This document shows positions 24,020 through 37,915 of a stretch of 64,000 nucleotides of DNA, one piece after another. Source of the DNA: Chiloscyllium plagiosum (taxonomy: Eukaryota). Each line of letters starts with the position of its first letter. Position 1 is the stretch's first letter. Under the pieces are notes generated by a model. It saw nothing but the letters and a program-made list of their open reading frames with translations, was not told where the DNA came from and made no database searches. The stretch spans positions 8,425,180 to 8,489,179 of the forward strand of contig NC_057752.1 in NCBI RefSeq assembly GCF_004010195.1. The letters are read 5' to 3'. A program made the translations under genes and the position numbers.

Positions 24020-24340
24020 ATTTTGTGGGGGTAGCATACCATGATGATACAGGGCACTCTCTCTGATGTAAAGCCTGAGTGCTTTGCAGCAGTCCTTTTG
24101 TTGCTTTGTAGGTGTATGTGCATCATTGTACCTTTCCTTGGCATTAGTCCAAGGATTCCTTACTGGCGTCCTCAGCCAGATATTGAGAGGGTATCCTTTG
24201 CCTCATAGCAACCAGCCTTTAATGTGGTGAGGAGCATAAAAAAAACTTCAATCACCTAAGACGCATTCTGCATTGTACATCTGTCAATTGAAGATGGTTT
24301 CTGACCAGTGCTCATTGTCAACATGGTCACTGTTGCCTTG
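24020..24340 (-). mobile_element. PIF/Harbinger transposase remnant
   Basis: Manual translation [33 protein letters not shown] resembles the Harbinger WLLGDKGYPL motif. Confidence 0.6.
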
Positions 24341-24854
24341 AATATTGCACTTCTGGAGTTATTTTTAATCAACCTGCTCTGAGATCTTTTGACACACCTC
24401 TGGAACATCACTGAAAGACTGATCTGTAACACTAGCTATCTGTTTCAAGCAATCAGGATTCTTTTAAAGGGTTCCAGTAAAAGAGCAGCTTAATTAAGAA
24501 CCAGTTGAAACTGCTTCCTCATTAAGTGACTCAAGTAAACGTTATGTAATAAGAGCATAAAGAATTAGCTAATAAGTGTCTCTTCAAAAGAATGCTGGAG
24601 TTCCCCTTCAAACACTCCATGTTGATTTCGTTCCCCTCCCTCTCCTTACCTTTCCCTCATGTTTGATGGTCTGCATTGCCCTTAACGGGCTTTGCATGTA
24701 AATTAATCAATTGGAGAACACCAGTGATTTACTAGTGGTGGTTTCAGGTGAAAAAATGCTACAGGTGATTTGGTGATGGGGGGAACAAATGTTCAGTTGT
24801 GTGTAAGACCACGACTGGATATATAAAAAATGAAGATGTGTGCTGGAGATAGGA

Positions 24855-25105
24855 CTGTTATGCTACAGTGGTAATGTCCTTACCTCTGGACTAGAAGGCC
24901 CATGATTTGAGTTCCACTTGCTCCAAAGGTGTGTAATAACACATTTGAACAGGTTGATTAATATAACGAATAAGTAGAGTGCAAGTGGGGGGCTGTTGTG
25001 GTGCAGTGATATTATTCCTACCTTTGGGCTGAAAGGCTTGGGTTCAAGTTCCACCTGCTCTAGAAATGTGGAACAATATGTCTGAGAAGGTTGCTTACAA
25101 AACAT
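24855..25105 (+). mobile_element. Two tandem short tRNA-derived SINE copies
   Basis: cagtggta..cctacc..ggttcaagttccacctgct; related copies at about 27920-28040 and 39340-39430. Confidence 0.55.
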
Positions 25106-25289
25106 TATAGAAACATCAGAACAGAGGACTTAGGATGAAGTAGGATGAGTCCATTCACCCCTTGGAGCCTGTTCTGCCATTCAGTAAGATCATAACCATA
25201 TCCAGTGGGTGTAATTTTTAAAAAGGAGCTCTCCTGGAGCAGGAGTAAAATAACATCTAGAATATGGTGACCATAACTTGGTATATTTT

Positions 25290-27510
25290 AGTATTCAGTT
25301 TGAGAGTGAGAAGCTTGGGTTAGAAAAAACTGCTAAAATTACATAAGGATAATTGTAAAGGAATAAGGGTAGACTGGGAATATTTTTAGCAGAAAAGACA
25401 GTTGATCAACATGGCAGACATTGGGGTGGCACGGTGGCTTAGTGGTTAGCACTGCTGCTTCACAGCACTAGGGCCCCAGGTTTGATTCCAGACTCGGGTG
25501 AGTGTCTGTCTGTGTGGAGTTTGCACGTTCTCCCTGTGTCTGTGTGGGTTTCCTCCGGGTGCTCCGGTTTCCTCCCACAGTCCAAAGATGTGCAGGTCAG
25601 GTGAATTGGCCATGATAAATTGCCCATAGTGCTAGATGCATTAGTCAGAGGGAAATGGGTCTGGGTGGGTTACTGTTCAGAGGGTCGGTGTGGACAGGGT
25701 GTGTAGGGAATCTAATCTTTAAAAAAAAAAGATCTTTCATGACTCACAATAAAGATATATCCCAGGGATTAAGAAGGGTTCTAGGAAAGGGGATAAACCA
25801 ACCATGGTTATCCAGGGAAGTAAAGGATAGTATCAAATTGAAAGAAAAAGATACAATATAGCAAAGAATTGTGGTTAGCCAGAGGATTGGGAAAGTTTTA
25901 TAAAAGCCAACAAAGATAACCAAAACTATAATAAAGACAGAGAAAATTAAACTTTAAAATAAGCTAGCAAGTAATATAAAAACAGTCAGCAAGTGCTCCT
26001 TTAAATAAATAAAAAGGAAGAGAGATGCCAAAAGGAATTACGGACCCTTTGAGAATGAGGCTGGGAAATCGTAACGGGAAAGCAGGAAATGGCAGAAGAG
26101 TTGAATCAATACTTGGCATTAGTCTTCAAAGGAGTCAACACTAATAACATTCCATAAATACTATATAATTAAGAGGCAGGATGGAGGACAAATACGTAAT
26201 GCCAAAGAAAAAATGTACCACGGAAACTAATGGGCCTAAAGGCCAATAGATCCATTGTACCTGATAGGTTGTTTCCTAGCATCCTAAAGGAAGTAGCTAC
26301 AGAGATGGTGGATGCACTGGTAGTAAACTTCCAACTCCCAAAGGACTGAAAAAACTGTTAATGTAACACCCTTATTCAAAATGTGAGCCAAAGAAAACAG
26401 GTAACTGTGGGCCAGATGGTTAAAATCTATCATTGGGAAATTTTTAGAATTGATTATAAAGGATAACAGAGCATTTAGAAATATATAATAATAATCATGC
26501 AGTCAGAGGTATGGCTGATAAATACATTAGAATTCTTTTGAGAAAGTAACAAGAAGGAGAGACAAGGGATTACCAGGAGATGTAAGATATCTGGATTTCC
26601 AAAAGGTGTTTGATAAGGTACCCCATGTAAGGCTATTTACTAAGATAAGAGCCCATGGTGTTGTGGGTAGTATATTGGCATGATAGAGGATTAGCTAAAA
26701 GTAATAGAATACAGAGATGGGATAAGGGGTCTATTTATTAATGGCTTGTATTAAGGAAGTGAATGTATGATTGCCTAGTTTGTGGCTGGCACAAAAATGG
26801 ATGGGACATCAACTGGTGAGGATGGCACAAAGTCTAAAAAGAGATATAGGCAGGTTCAGAGAGTAGGTAAAATCTTAGCAGATGGCACATAATTTGTGAA
26901 AATGTGAGGGTATGCACTTTGCCAGGAAGAATAGAAGAGCTGAATATTATATAAATAGAAAAAAAAACTACAGAAAGTTGGTGCACAGGGGATCTGGAGG
27001 TCTTCGTGCATAAACCACAAAAATCTAACATCCAAATTCAGCAGGTAACAGGGAAGGCAAATTGAATGTTGACCTTTATTTCCAATGGATTGAAGTATAA
27101 AAGTCATGAGGTTTTGCTAAAACTATACAAGGCACTAGCCAGACTACAACTGGAATACTGTGAACAGTATTGGTCCTATTACCTAAGGAAAGGTAGACTG
27201 GCACTGCAGCAGTGCAGAGAAGGTTCATTAGCTTACTTCCAGGTATGAAAGGATTTTTATCCATTTAAAACTGAGATGAAGAGGAATTTGTACTGAGGGG
27301 AGTGAGTCTGTGGAATTCCTAACCACGGAGGGCTGTCATGGATGGGATATTAAGTATATTCAAGGCTGAGATTGACAAATCCTTAATCAGTAAGGGAATC
27401 GAGGGTTATGGGCAAATGGCAGGAAATTGGATTTGAGAATGATCAGATCAGCTATGGTCTTCTTAAATGACAAAGCAGTCTCAATGGATTGAATGGCCTA
27501 CGTCTTATGG
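25290..27510 (+). mobile_element. Old degenerate CR1 ORF2
   Basis: PWLSREVKDSIKLK, YLDFQKVFDKVPH and LYKALARLQLEYC motifs. Confidence 0.75.
25423..25717 (+). mobile_element. HE1-type V-SINE
   Basis: tRNA head ggtggcttagtggttagc...gtttgattcc; V-domain tgtgtggagtttgcacgttctccc..ggtttcctccgggtgctccggtttcctccc. Confidence 0.85.
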
Positions 27511-29597
27511 TCATATCTGTCATCATTCTCAGGTTTGCTCTGCAAGCTTGCTTCATGATAGTAATGTTCCCCACCTGGCCTTCTCCCTAAACAGCATGCA
27601 CATCATGGTAAGATCTATCCTGAGGACTCTTTGTGATCAAACGTTCAGATGCATAGAGACAGCGTGCATTGGCTGGGATCCTCAAAGCATGTCAGTGCAT
27701 CTTCCCGTTCACAGAGAGGTTGCAGCAAAACCATTCTAATCTTGCCTTGGCATGATAGAGCTGTCAGCAAACCCTACTGGCCCCATCCCTCTTTATCTCC
27801 ACCCTTACCCTTGTCATGGCTGCATCCCTTGTGACAGTTGGCCTGTACCAATGGGGCACCTTACAGATTTAATGCTGCATCCAAAATCATGAGATGGTAA
27901 TGAGCTTACAAAGTACTGTGAGGGCTCTTGCAATGCAGTGGTAGTCTCCCTACCTCTGAGCCAGGAGACCCAGGTTCAAGTCTCCACCTGCTCCAAAGGT
28001 ATTTAATAACATCTCTGAAAAGGTTGATTAGAAAATATCTACAATGCACTGTGGCTCTATGATTTCATGGGATCTCTCTTAACGTGAAACTATGCGTTCT
28101 GAGGATATGTTGTATATTTGTGAATTGAACTCAGCTGAGCAGGATACTTCAGCCACTGGACTCCAGATTCATTTGATGTCCCTTCAGTCAGCTACAAAAC
28201 CTAACTCCACCCCAAAACTCCTTCTCTGACTTTTGTAGGTCTGAAAGTGATTTTAGACACATACTTCAAATCAGGGAGATTTATTTTTATCATTAGAATT
28301 AATATGTTCAGCTCTCCTCTTGTCACATACCAAGGTTTTCTCATTCTTTATTTCCCTGAATGCCTTATAATTCCTGTTGCCCATCATCTTGGAACCTTGT
28401 CCTGATTCTGCCAATCCCACCAATTTCTCAACTTCCCTGAATTCATAATGATCCAAGTTCTAATGCCCCTCCTGGCCGTCTATCCTCCCATCATTAAAGT
28501 CATCTGCACCATCAAAATCCACGACTGCCCCAGCTCCTCTTAAGACCATACCTTCCCCAACATTGACTCATTAACTTCCACTTTGCCAGATTCAACTCCC
28601 CATATGACTGTGAATGTACCATCTGCTATCCAATACTGTGAGACACCTCCCTGTGACTCTCCCTTTCTAGCCATGGCCCAAATGCCTCTGGGCAAGTCAG
28701 AAACTGTTATGAGGTCTACTCTTCCTGGAAAGATAGTTCCCCGTCCACTGATGGCCAATGATCCACCATCCCCTTTGCCATTTGAGATTTGATATGACCC
28801 TCAGCCAAAGACAGCCTCATCACCTTTGCTTTTGGGCTTGAAACTAGCACAGAGACGCAACCAGCCTCCTCTCCTTTGAGGCTTTGACTGTACTTGGAGA
28901 CATTGTAGTGTAACACAATGTTGCCACCATTTAAAGTTAAAAATAATACAACACCAGGTTATAGTTCAACAGGTTTATTTGTAAGTACTAGCTTTCGGAG
29001 CGCTGCTCCTTCACCACCTGAAGGATGAAGCAGCAAGTACTTACCCTGTAATCTAGGAAGAAGTGAAAGGTCACTTATTATACTTCAGGTATTTGAAGAG
29101 ATGGTTTTTTCAACTGGGTAGAACTTATTGGGAAAGGGTATTTAAATCCAGCGAGTTGTGCTTTAAATAAAATGCTAATACATGCAGGTAAGATTCTTGA
29201 CACCTGCACAGTCAACCCTCCTTTTGAGGTCGACGAACTTAACTGCATAACTTGATCCCACCAGTGAGAACCTAAATGTCTGACACTCACTCGACTAAAT
29301 TCACCTGCCTGCCATTCTCCTTACCTGCTCTATGACTCTCAAAATTCCACCCTAGGTATTGTTTTGCAAGCTGTAAGGTTCCTAATATCAGCCGAACAAC
29401 AAGCAACGTAGCTGGTAATCAATAATGTTTATGACAAACAATTGGACAGGGTTAAGTGAGAGGCATTTTATGGATGAAGAGATATCATTCCAGTTCGGTT
29501 GACTGGTTCTAAAGTTCAGAAAATACTATACATTACACGTGCATATACTACTTAATAGTATTCTCTGTTTAAAAAAAAAACTACACATACCCTGTTC

Positions 29598-31000
29598 AGG
29601 GTTTGTGTAAAGATTTGTAGCTTGGGTGCCAGTTCCAGTTGTTGTAGGTATGCTCACTGAGCTGGGAAGTTGGTTTGCAGATGTTTTGTCCCCTGCCTAG
29701 GTGACATCCTCAGTACTGTGGAACCTCCTGTGAAGTGCTGCTGTACTCTGTTGGTTGGAATTTATTTGGTTTCATTCTCACTGCTTCTGGTTGCCGGTTC
29801 CAGTTGTTTGTTGCAGTGGTCGGTATGTTGGGTCTAGGTCAACATGATTATTGATGGAGTCCGTGGATGAGTGCCAGCCTTCTAGAAATTCTCTGGCTGT
29901 CGTCTGTTTGGCTTGTCCTATTATTGTTGTGTTGCCCAGTCAAATTTGTGGTCCTTGATGTCTGTGTGTGTGTGTGTATAGCTACTAGGGACGGCCAGAT
30001 ATATGAACAGATCAATGGGACACCTATGGGCTCACCCACCTATGGGATCATAGCAGGAGCAGTGATGCAAAGACTAGAACAAACAGCCCTCCCACAAATC
30101 CAACCCAAACTCTGAATGAGATATGTGGATGACACTTTTTGAAATTATGAAAAGAATTGAAATCAAGAGCGCACACCAGATTATCAACGTCATGCTCATG
30201 GGTCAAATTTATGAGGAGGAAGTTAACAACCAACTCCCATTCCTAGATGTGATGGTAGAAAGAACACAGAATAGTGTACAGAAAGGCCACACACACACGG
30301 ACCAGATCCTGAATTATAACAACAGCCAACCAAACACACACAAGAGAAGCTGCATTAGGACCCTGCTCAAAAGGGCTACAACACACTGCAGCACTCCTGA
30401 CCTGTGAAGAGAGGAAGAAGAATACCTTTATAAAGTCTTTGCCAAGAGCGATATCCCCTCAACTTCAGCCGCAGATGTTTGTCAAACAAACAGCGTGACA
30501 AGGACATGCCACGATCCAACACACCAACCATGCTCCCTTATATAAAAGACATCTCAGAACTGACAGCCAAACCTCTCCGCCCATTTGGATTCATGACAAC
30601 CCATAAATCGTCCCCATCACGTGCAGGTCAAATGTGGTGTACAAGATTCCATGCAGGGATGCACAAAACACTATATAGGACAAACAGGCAGACAACTAGT
30701 GATCCACATTCATGAACACCAACTAACCACTGAACGCCATGACCAACTATCCTTAGCAGCTATACACACAGATGACAAGAAGCACAAATTTGACTCCATC
30801 AATAAACACGTTGACCTGGACCCATTACGCCGGTTACTGAAACAAGCAACTGGAAGCAGCAGAAAAGAAACCAAATAAATTTCAGAAGACATAGTACAGC
30901 AAATTCACAGGAGGCTCCACAGCACTGACTATGTCACCTAGACAGGGGATGAAATGTCTGCAAAACAACTTCCCAGCTCAGTGAACATACCTACAACAAC
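29598..31000 (+). mobile_element. Penelope-like element (second family), RT and GIY-YIG remnant bracketed by inverted pLTR copies
   Basis: YEQINGTPMGSP, QLPFLDVMV, HYIGQTGRQL..IHEH; about 29635-29730 is the reverse complement of about 30903-31000. Confidence 0.8.
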
Positions 31001-31241
31001 TATCTCCAGTTTCTCCTCTCATAAATTTTTAGGCAATTGAATAATCACCACATTATGAGAGAAGAAGCATAATCTAAACTGTTCTCCTTCTTTCTGAGCA
31101 CCAGTTCATGCCTCATTGTCATACAATGTGATCTACTTTAAATAGGTTCAATTTATTGTCTTTAATCTTTAACACCTCTAAGATTGTGCTGTTATTTTTA
31201 AATAATATGTAACAATATATAAAATTCAACTACAATCCTAC

Positions 31242-31355
31242 CTTAAAGACACTAGGAACTTGAAGCTTAGGTGATGGAATTCCCAGGGCATAGTCAATAA
31301 GAACCATGGATAAGATAGTCAGGAAAACTGCAAAATCACTTATCATTGATCGTAC
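31242..31355 (-). CDS. slc4a8: SLC4A8 exon, VRSMISDFAVFLTI...PSPKLQVPSVFK
   Basis: 114 bp, cag|GTA and AAG|gtagga; manual translation. Confidence 0.92.
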
Positions 31356-31803
31356 CTGCCAGGAAAATTAATGGAACAGGGTAATGCCTCTGTTAGAAAA
31401 ATAAATGCAAAAGTGTGGTGTGTTCATTCACTGAGAACACCAAGTGTCATTCCTAGCTTCTTGTGAAATAAAGAATGTACAAAGGAAGGATGCAGAGGGT
31501 TGGAGAGTAAATGTAGGCTACAGAATACCTTTGCCAAAATGAAACTGGATCCAAAAGAACAAATATTTTATACTAATAGGTTCAACTCTCCAGATAGGGA
31601 TCATCTATATTGAACAAAACCTTCTGATATACGTCAGCAGCACCAGCAGGAGCAGATTGCTACATACCCTCATACAGCTGAACATTAAAGCTGGAAAACT
31701 AGATCAAAGTTTAAAGCTGTATTTCCTACAAATGCAAACCTGCAAAATATTAGGAAAACATTTATTTTCAAAGAACAAAGCTGGAGAAACAGATTGCACA
31801 TAC

Positions 31804-31965
31804 CTTTGTTGGAAAATAGTGACTTGTTTTAAATTGTTTGAGGAATCCTGACAGGGCAAATGTAGAAAAGAATAGTATAACAGACCAGAAGAGAACATCT
31901 GGGGTGTATGGCCCGTGGTGACCACATGAAGGACCAACAAATTCACCTTGAAATGTCCTACAGTC
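31804..31965 (-). CDS. slc4a8: SLC4A8 exon, DCRTFQGEFVGPSCGHHGPYTPDVLFWS...YFPTK
   Basis: 162 bp, cag|GAC and AAG|gtatgt; GHHGPYTPDVLFWS matches SLC4A8 rather than SLC4A10 (GHDHPYVPD) as recalled. Confidence 0.92.
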
Positions 31966-32925
31966 CTGGATGTGAAAAGCAGCAAACAGATCATATTAAA
32001 AAATTTGCATTGTACTAGCTTTCTGGACAGCCATGGTAATAGGCTTCTTCAGTGGATAGTATCCTCTGTTTACCATTCGATCAATCTCTATTATGTCACC
32101 ACGAATGGGAAAAAGGACCAAATTGGGACAACCATCCTTTTCAGACATTTTGTCATATGCTGAGACCACTGTCAGAGGTATACCTGCACAATTGTTACCC
32201 ATCTCACTGATCAACCAGCCAGATATGACGCTGACCAATTTATTTTTCCTAATACTAAGGATTTAAATCATTGAGTTTTGCACACTGCCACATCAAAAAT
32301 TCAGTTAACAGTTTGTGTAGATTGAGTTTAACTCATTTAAAAATATAAAAATATTGATTTGTTCTAGATACATATGAACTAGATGAGCTATGAGCAGAAG
32401 TTGGCCATTCAGCCCATCAAGTCCACTCTGCCATTCAATGAGATCATGGCTGATCTGATGATCTCAACTCCACATTCCTGCCTTTTCCCCATGTGCCTTG
32501 ATTCCTTCACTGATAATCTGTCCATCTCACTCTTAAATATATTTAATGACCCAGCCTCTACAGCCCTCTCAGGTAAAGAATTTCACAGATTCATTATCCT
32601 CAGAAAAGAAATTCCTTCTCATCTCTGTCTTAAATGTACATATTCCAAATATATTTGGATTATTTGATAAAGTAATTTCAAAGCTTATTCATTGGTATTT
32701 CATTCAGAGATGCAAAGAAAACACCAACAGAATAAAACAGATTATATTTAACGTGCCCTGGATTTCTGGCCCACAGGATTTAGTATAATCTCAAACATTG
32801 ATTTGTTTGGTCTACTGCTTGCTTACTAGATTGTCTTTGATTCTTACACCGTAGGGAGAAAAATATTGAGCCTGCATAAGCTGTTCTACTCAAGAGATAT
32901 GATAACTCGAGCTTAGCAAACAGCC

Positions 32926-34190
32926 ATGATCTCTGACTCCTTCCTTCCCTTCCTCGACATTTCTGTTTCTATTTCTGGGGATAGGGTGGCTACAAACTCC
33001 CACAGTTACCAGGACTGTACAGCCTCACACCCTGCTTCCTGTAAAGACGCTATTCCATTCTCCCAGTTCCTCCATCTCCATCGCATCTTTTCTGATGATG
33101 TCAACTTTGATAAGGGGGTCTCTGAAATGTCCACCTTCTTCCGCAACCAAGGGTTCCCCAGCACTGTAATTGACAAGTCCCTCAGCCTGGTCTGACACAT
33201 CTCCCACACTTCGGCCCTCGCTCCCTCTCTTTCCTCCCACAACAGCAATAGAGACCCCTTGTCCTCGCTTACCACCCCACCAAGATCCACAGCCAGAGGA
33301 TCAGTAGCTGCAATTTCTGCTACCTCCAACAGGAGGCCACCACCAGACACACATTCCCCACCCCTCCCTTGTCAGCCTTCCGCAGGGATTGTTCAGTCTC
33401 GGACAACCTGGTCCACTCTTCCTTCATCCCCCACAGCCCCACAGTACCTTCCCCTTTAATTGCAAAAGGTGTAACACCTGCCCGTTTACTTCTTCCCTCC
33501 TCACTAACCAAGGTCCCAAACACACTTTCCAGGTGAAACAGCACTTTACCTGTACTTCACTCAATCTAGTCTACTGCATTTGTCGCTGACTACGTGGTCT
33601 CCTCTACATTGGGGAAATAAAGCCCACACCTACATCTGTCTGCAAAAATGACCCTGAGCTTTCAGTTGTCTACCATTTCAACACACCATGTTTCCTGGCC
33701 AACATCTCTGTATCAGGCTTGCTGAGTGCTCCACTGAAACTCAGCACAATCTGGAAGAATAGTGCCTCATTCTCTGCTTGGGAACCTACAGCCTTCTAGA
33801 CTAAATATTAAGTTCAACAATTCTAAGGTTTGAGCACTTTCCTCCTGCTTTCTGCCACCCCCACACACTAGGCCTTGTCATCACATGGGCTGCTACCACA
33901 CATAACCCAATGTCAGCTAAGTAGTCCTGTCAGCAGCTATTCAATGCCCCAAACTGACCCTTAACTGCTCCTTTGTCTGTCCAACTGTTTTCCCTCTCTT
34001 TGGGCTCAATCATCACCCATCGTTTACTCTCCCCGCTACCCCACCCTATCTTCTGCAAATAAAAAAGTATCCTTTTCCTTGCTACCATCAGTTCTGAAGA
34101 AGGGTCTTTTGGATCTGAAATGTTAACTCTGATCTCTTTGCATAATGCTGCCAGACCTGCTGAGATTTTCCAGCAACTTCTGTTTATGTT
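32926..34190 (+). mobile_element. Penelope-like 3' part
   Basis: ISDSFLPFLDISVSI, HPASCKDAIPFSQF, FQVKQHFTCTSLNLVYCI; pLTR at about 34090-34190. Confidence 0.8.
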
Positions 34191-36130
34191 ACACAGATGT
34201 TAGTTTGGCATGAATGTTGGGAGATAATATATTGGGCGATAACCTAACCCATACTAGAAAGGGGCTTCAAGTAAAAGTCCCACACAAATCCTGAGGCATG
34301 TCAGAATGGAAGAGTATGGTGCTGGAAAAGAACAGCATCCGAGGAACAGGAGAATCGACGTTTTAAGCATAAGCTTTTCATCAGGAGTGAGGGGGGCGGG
34401 CGGAAAGTGGTGAAATCCACATTGATGCCCTGGGTTTGGGGGGTCCCAAGGCGGAAGATGAGGCGTTCTTCCTCCAGGTGTCGGGTGGCTAGAGTTTGAC
34501 GGTGGAGGATGCCCAGGACTTGCATGTCCTTGGCGGAGTGGGGGTGGGGAGAGTTCAAATGTTTGGCCACAGGGCGGTGGGATTGCTTTGTGAGTGTCTC
34601 AGATGTTCTCTGAAATATTCTGCAAGTTGGCGTCCTGTATCCCCTATGTAGAGGAGACCACATCGAGAGCTATAGACACAGTAGATGACGTGTGTGGAAG
34701 TGCAGGTAAATCTCTGGATGTGGAAGGATCCTTTGGGGCCTTGGACGGAGGTGAGGGAGGAGGTATGGGTGGAGGTTTTGCATTTCTTGTGATGGCAGGG
34801 GAAGGTGCCAGAGTGGAGGGTGGGTTGGTGGGGGTCGTGGACCTAACAAGGGAATCACGGAGGGAATGGTCTCTCCGGAATGCAGGAAGGGAAATATATC
34901 CCTGGTGATTGGGTCTGTTTGGAGGTGGCAGAAATGGTGGAGAATGATGTATTGTATCCAGAGGCTGGTGGAGTGGAAGGTGAGGACTGGAGGGTTCTGT
35001 TCTTGTTGCGATTGGAGAGGTGGGGTTCAAGGGCGGAGGTGCAGGGAGTGGAGGAGTTATGCGGGAGGGCATTGTCGACCACGTGGGAGGGGAAATTGCC
35101 GTCTTTGAAGAAGAAGAATATAGAAGGGATGTTCTATGGTGGAATCGGTCCTCCTGGGAGCAGATGTAATGGAGGCAGAGGAATTGGGAATAAGAGAGAG
35201 TGTTTTTGCAGGGGTCAGGGTGGGAGGAGGTGTTGTCCAGGTAGCTGTGGGAGTCGGTGGGTTTGTAGTAATATCCGTGTTGAGTCGGTCGCCAGAACTG
35301 GAGATGGAGAGTTCCAGGAAGGGGAGGGAGATGTCACAGATGGTCCAGGTGAACTTGAGGCCGGGGTGGAAGGTGGTTGTGAAGTTGATGAACTGTTCAA
35401 CCTCCTCATGGGAGCACGAGGCGGTGCCAGTACAGTTATTGATGTAGCGGAGGAAAAGGTGGGAAATGGTGCCGGTGTAGCTGCGGAAGATGAACTGTTC
35501 CATGTACCCAACAAAGAGGCAGGCATAGCTGGGGCCAATGTAGGTGTCCATGGTTAGCCTTTCATCGAGAGGATGTGGGAGGATTGGAAGGAGAAATTGT
35601 TGAGGATGAGTACTAATTCAGCCAATCGAATGAGTGTGTCAGTGGAAGGGTATTGGTTGGGTCGGCGGGAGAGGAAGAAAGGCAGGTCTTGGTGGATGCA
35701 TGTGTACGGGGACTGTATGTCTGTGGTGAAGATGAGGCTTTAGGGCCGGGGAACTGAAAGTCATTGGAGGAGGAGGAGGGCGTGGGTGATGTCCCAAACA
35801 TATGTGGGGAGATCCTGGACCAAGGCGGGCAGGACGGTGTCAAGGTATGCAGAGACAACTTTGGTGGGGCAGAGCAGATTGAGACAATGGGTCAACGGGG
35901 AAGTCAGGTTTGTGAATCTTCGGTAGGAGGTAGAACCGGGCGGTGTGGTGTTCTCGGACTATAAAGTTAAGGCTGTGGGTGGGAGGTCCCCGGAGATGAT
36001 GGTTTTGTGATGGGAGGTGAGGTTGTGGTCAAGAGGGCAGTAGCAGGAGGTGCCTGCGTGTTGGCACCTGGCTGCAGTGGTGTAAAGGTTGGTGCGCCAA
36101 ACTGCCACAGCGCCACCCCCCCCCCGCCTT

Positions 36131-37915
36131 GTCAGAGAGTCACAGAGATGTACAGCACGGAAACAGACCCTTTGGTCCAACCTGTCCATGCCGACCAGAT
36201 ATCCCAACCCAATCTAGTCCCACCTGCCAGCACCCGGCCCATATCCCTCTAAACTCTTCCTATTCATATACCCATCCAAATGCCGCTCATTCCATACACG
36301 TACCACTCTCTGTGTGAAAAAGTTGCCCCTTACATCCCTTTTATTCCTTTTCCCCCGTCACCCTAAATCTATACCCTCTAGTTCTGGACTCCTCCACCCC
36401 AGGGAAAAGACTTTGTCTATTTATCCTATCCATGCCCCTCACGATTTTATAAACCTCCACAAGGTCATCCCTCAGCCTCCAAGGCTCCAGGGAAAACAGC
36501 CCCAGCCTGTTCAGCCTCTCCTTCTAGCTCAAATCCTCCAACTCTGGCAACATCCTTTGTAAATCTTTTCTGAACCCTTTCAAGTTTCACAACACATATT
36601 TCTGATAGGAAGGAAACCAGAATTGCAAGCAGTCTTCTAACAACGGCCTAACCAATGTCCTGTGCAGCTGCAACACAACCCCCACCCCCTGTACTCAGTA
36701 CTCTGACCAATAAAGCAAAGCATACCAAACGCCGCCTTCACTATCCTATCTACCTGCGACTCCACCTTCAAGGAGCTATGAACCTGCACAAAGGTCTCTT
36801 TGTTCAGTAACACTCTATAGGACCTTACTATTAAGTGTACAAGTCCTAGGAAAAAGTGAGGACTGCAGATGCTGGAGATCAGAGCTTAAAAATGTGTTGC
36901 TGGAAAAGCGCAGCAGGTCAGGCAGCATCAAAGGAGAAGGAGAATCGACGTTTCGGGCATAAGCTTATTCAGATTCCTGAAGAAGGGCTTATGCCCGAAA
37001 CTTCGATTCTCCTTCTCCTTTGATGCTGCCTGACCTGCTGCGCTTTTCCAGCAACACATTTTTTAAGCAGTGTACAAGTCCTGCCAAGATTTGCTTTCCC
37101 AAAATGCAGCACCTCACATTTATCTGAATTAAACTCCATCTGCCACTTCTCAGCCCATTGGCCCATCTGGTCAAGATCCTATTGTAATCTGAGGCAACCT
37201 TCTTCGCTGTCCACTACACCTCCAATTTTGGTGTCATCTGCAAACTTACTAACTATACCTCTTATACTCACATCCAAATAATTTATACAAATGATGAAAT
37301 GTAGTGGACCCAGCACCAATCCTTGTGGCACTCCACTCGTCACAGACTTCCAGTCTGAAAAGCAACTCCACCACCACCCTCTGTCTTCTTCCTTTGAGCC
37401 AGTTCTGTATCCAAATGGCTAGTTCTCCCTGTATTCCATGAGATCTAACCTTGCTAACCAGTCTCCCATGGGGAACCTTGTTGAACGCCTTACTGAAGTC
37501 CATATAAATCACATCTACCACTCTGCCCTCATCAATCCTCTTTGTTACTTCTTCAAAAAACACAATCAAGTTTGTGAGACATGATTTCCCACGCACAAAG
37601 CCTTGTTGACTATCCCTAATCAGTCCTTGCCTTTCCAAATACATGTACATCCTGTCCGTCAGGATTGCCTCCAACAACTTGCCCACCACTGAGGTCAGGC
37701 TCACTGCTCTATAGTTCCCTGGCTAGTCCTCGCCACACTTATTAAACAGTGGCACCATGTTAGCCAACCTCCAGTCTTCCGGCACCTCACCTGTGACTAT
37801 CGATGATACAAATATCTCAGCAAGAGGCCCAGCTATCACTTCCCTAGCTTCCCCAAGAGTTCTAGGGTATACCTGACCAGGTCCTGTGGATTTATCCACT
37901 TTTATGCGTTTTAAG
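36131..37915 (-). mobile_element. CR1 LINE 3' half
   Basis: SLTSVVGKLLE, GKSCLTNL and DFSKAFNKVPH motifs; agagtca tail. Confidence 0.88.
36848..37068. mobile_element. Fold-back Penelope pLTR insertion, 14-bp TSD
   Basis: About 80-bp near-perfect inverted arms; AGTGTACAAGTCCT at 36834-36847 and 37069-37082. Confidence 0.85.

Noticed and set aside
25423..25500. tRNA gene-like A and B boxes
   Set aside because: This is the head of an HE1 SINE, not a complete cloverleaf tRNA.
27520..28920. Possible further Harbinger transposase or Myb/SANT remnants (also about 15690-16000 and 18800-19300)
   Set aside because: Similarity is too weak to call without a profile search.
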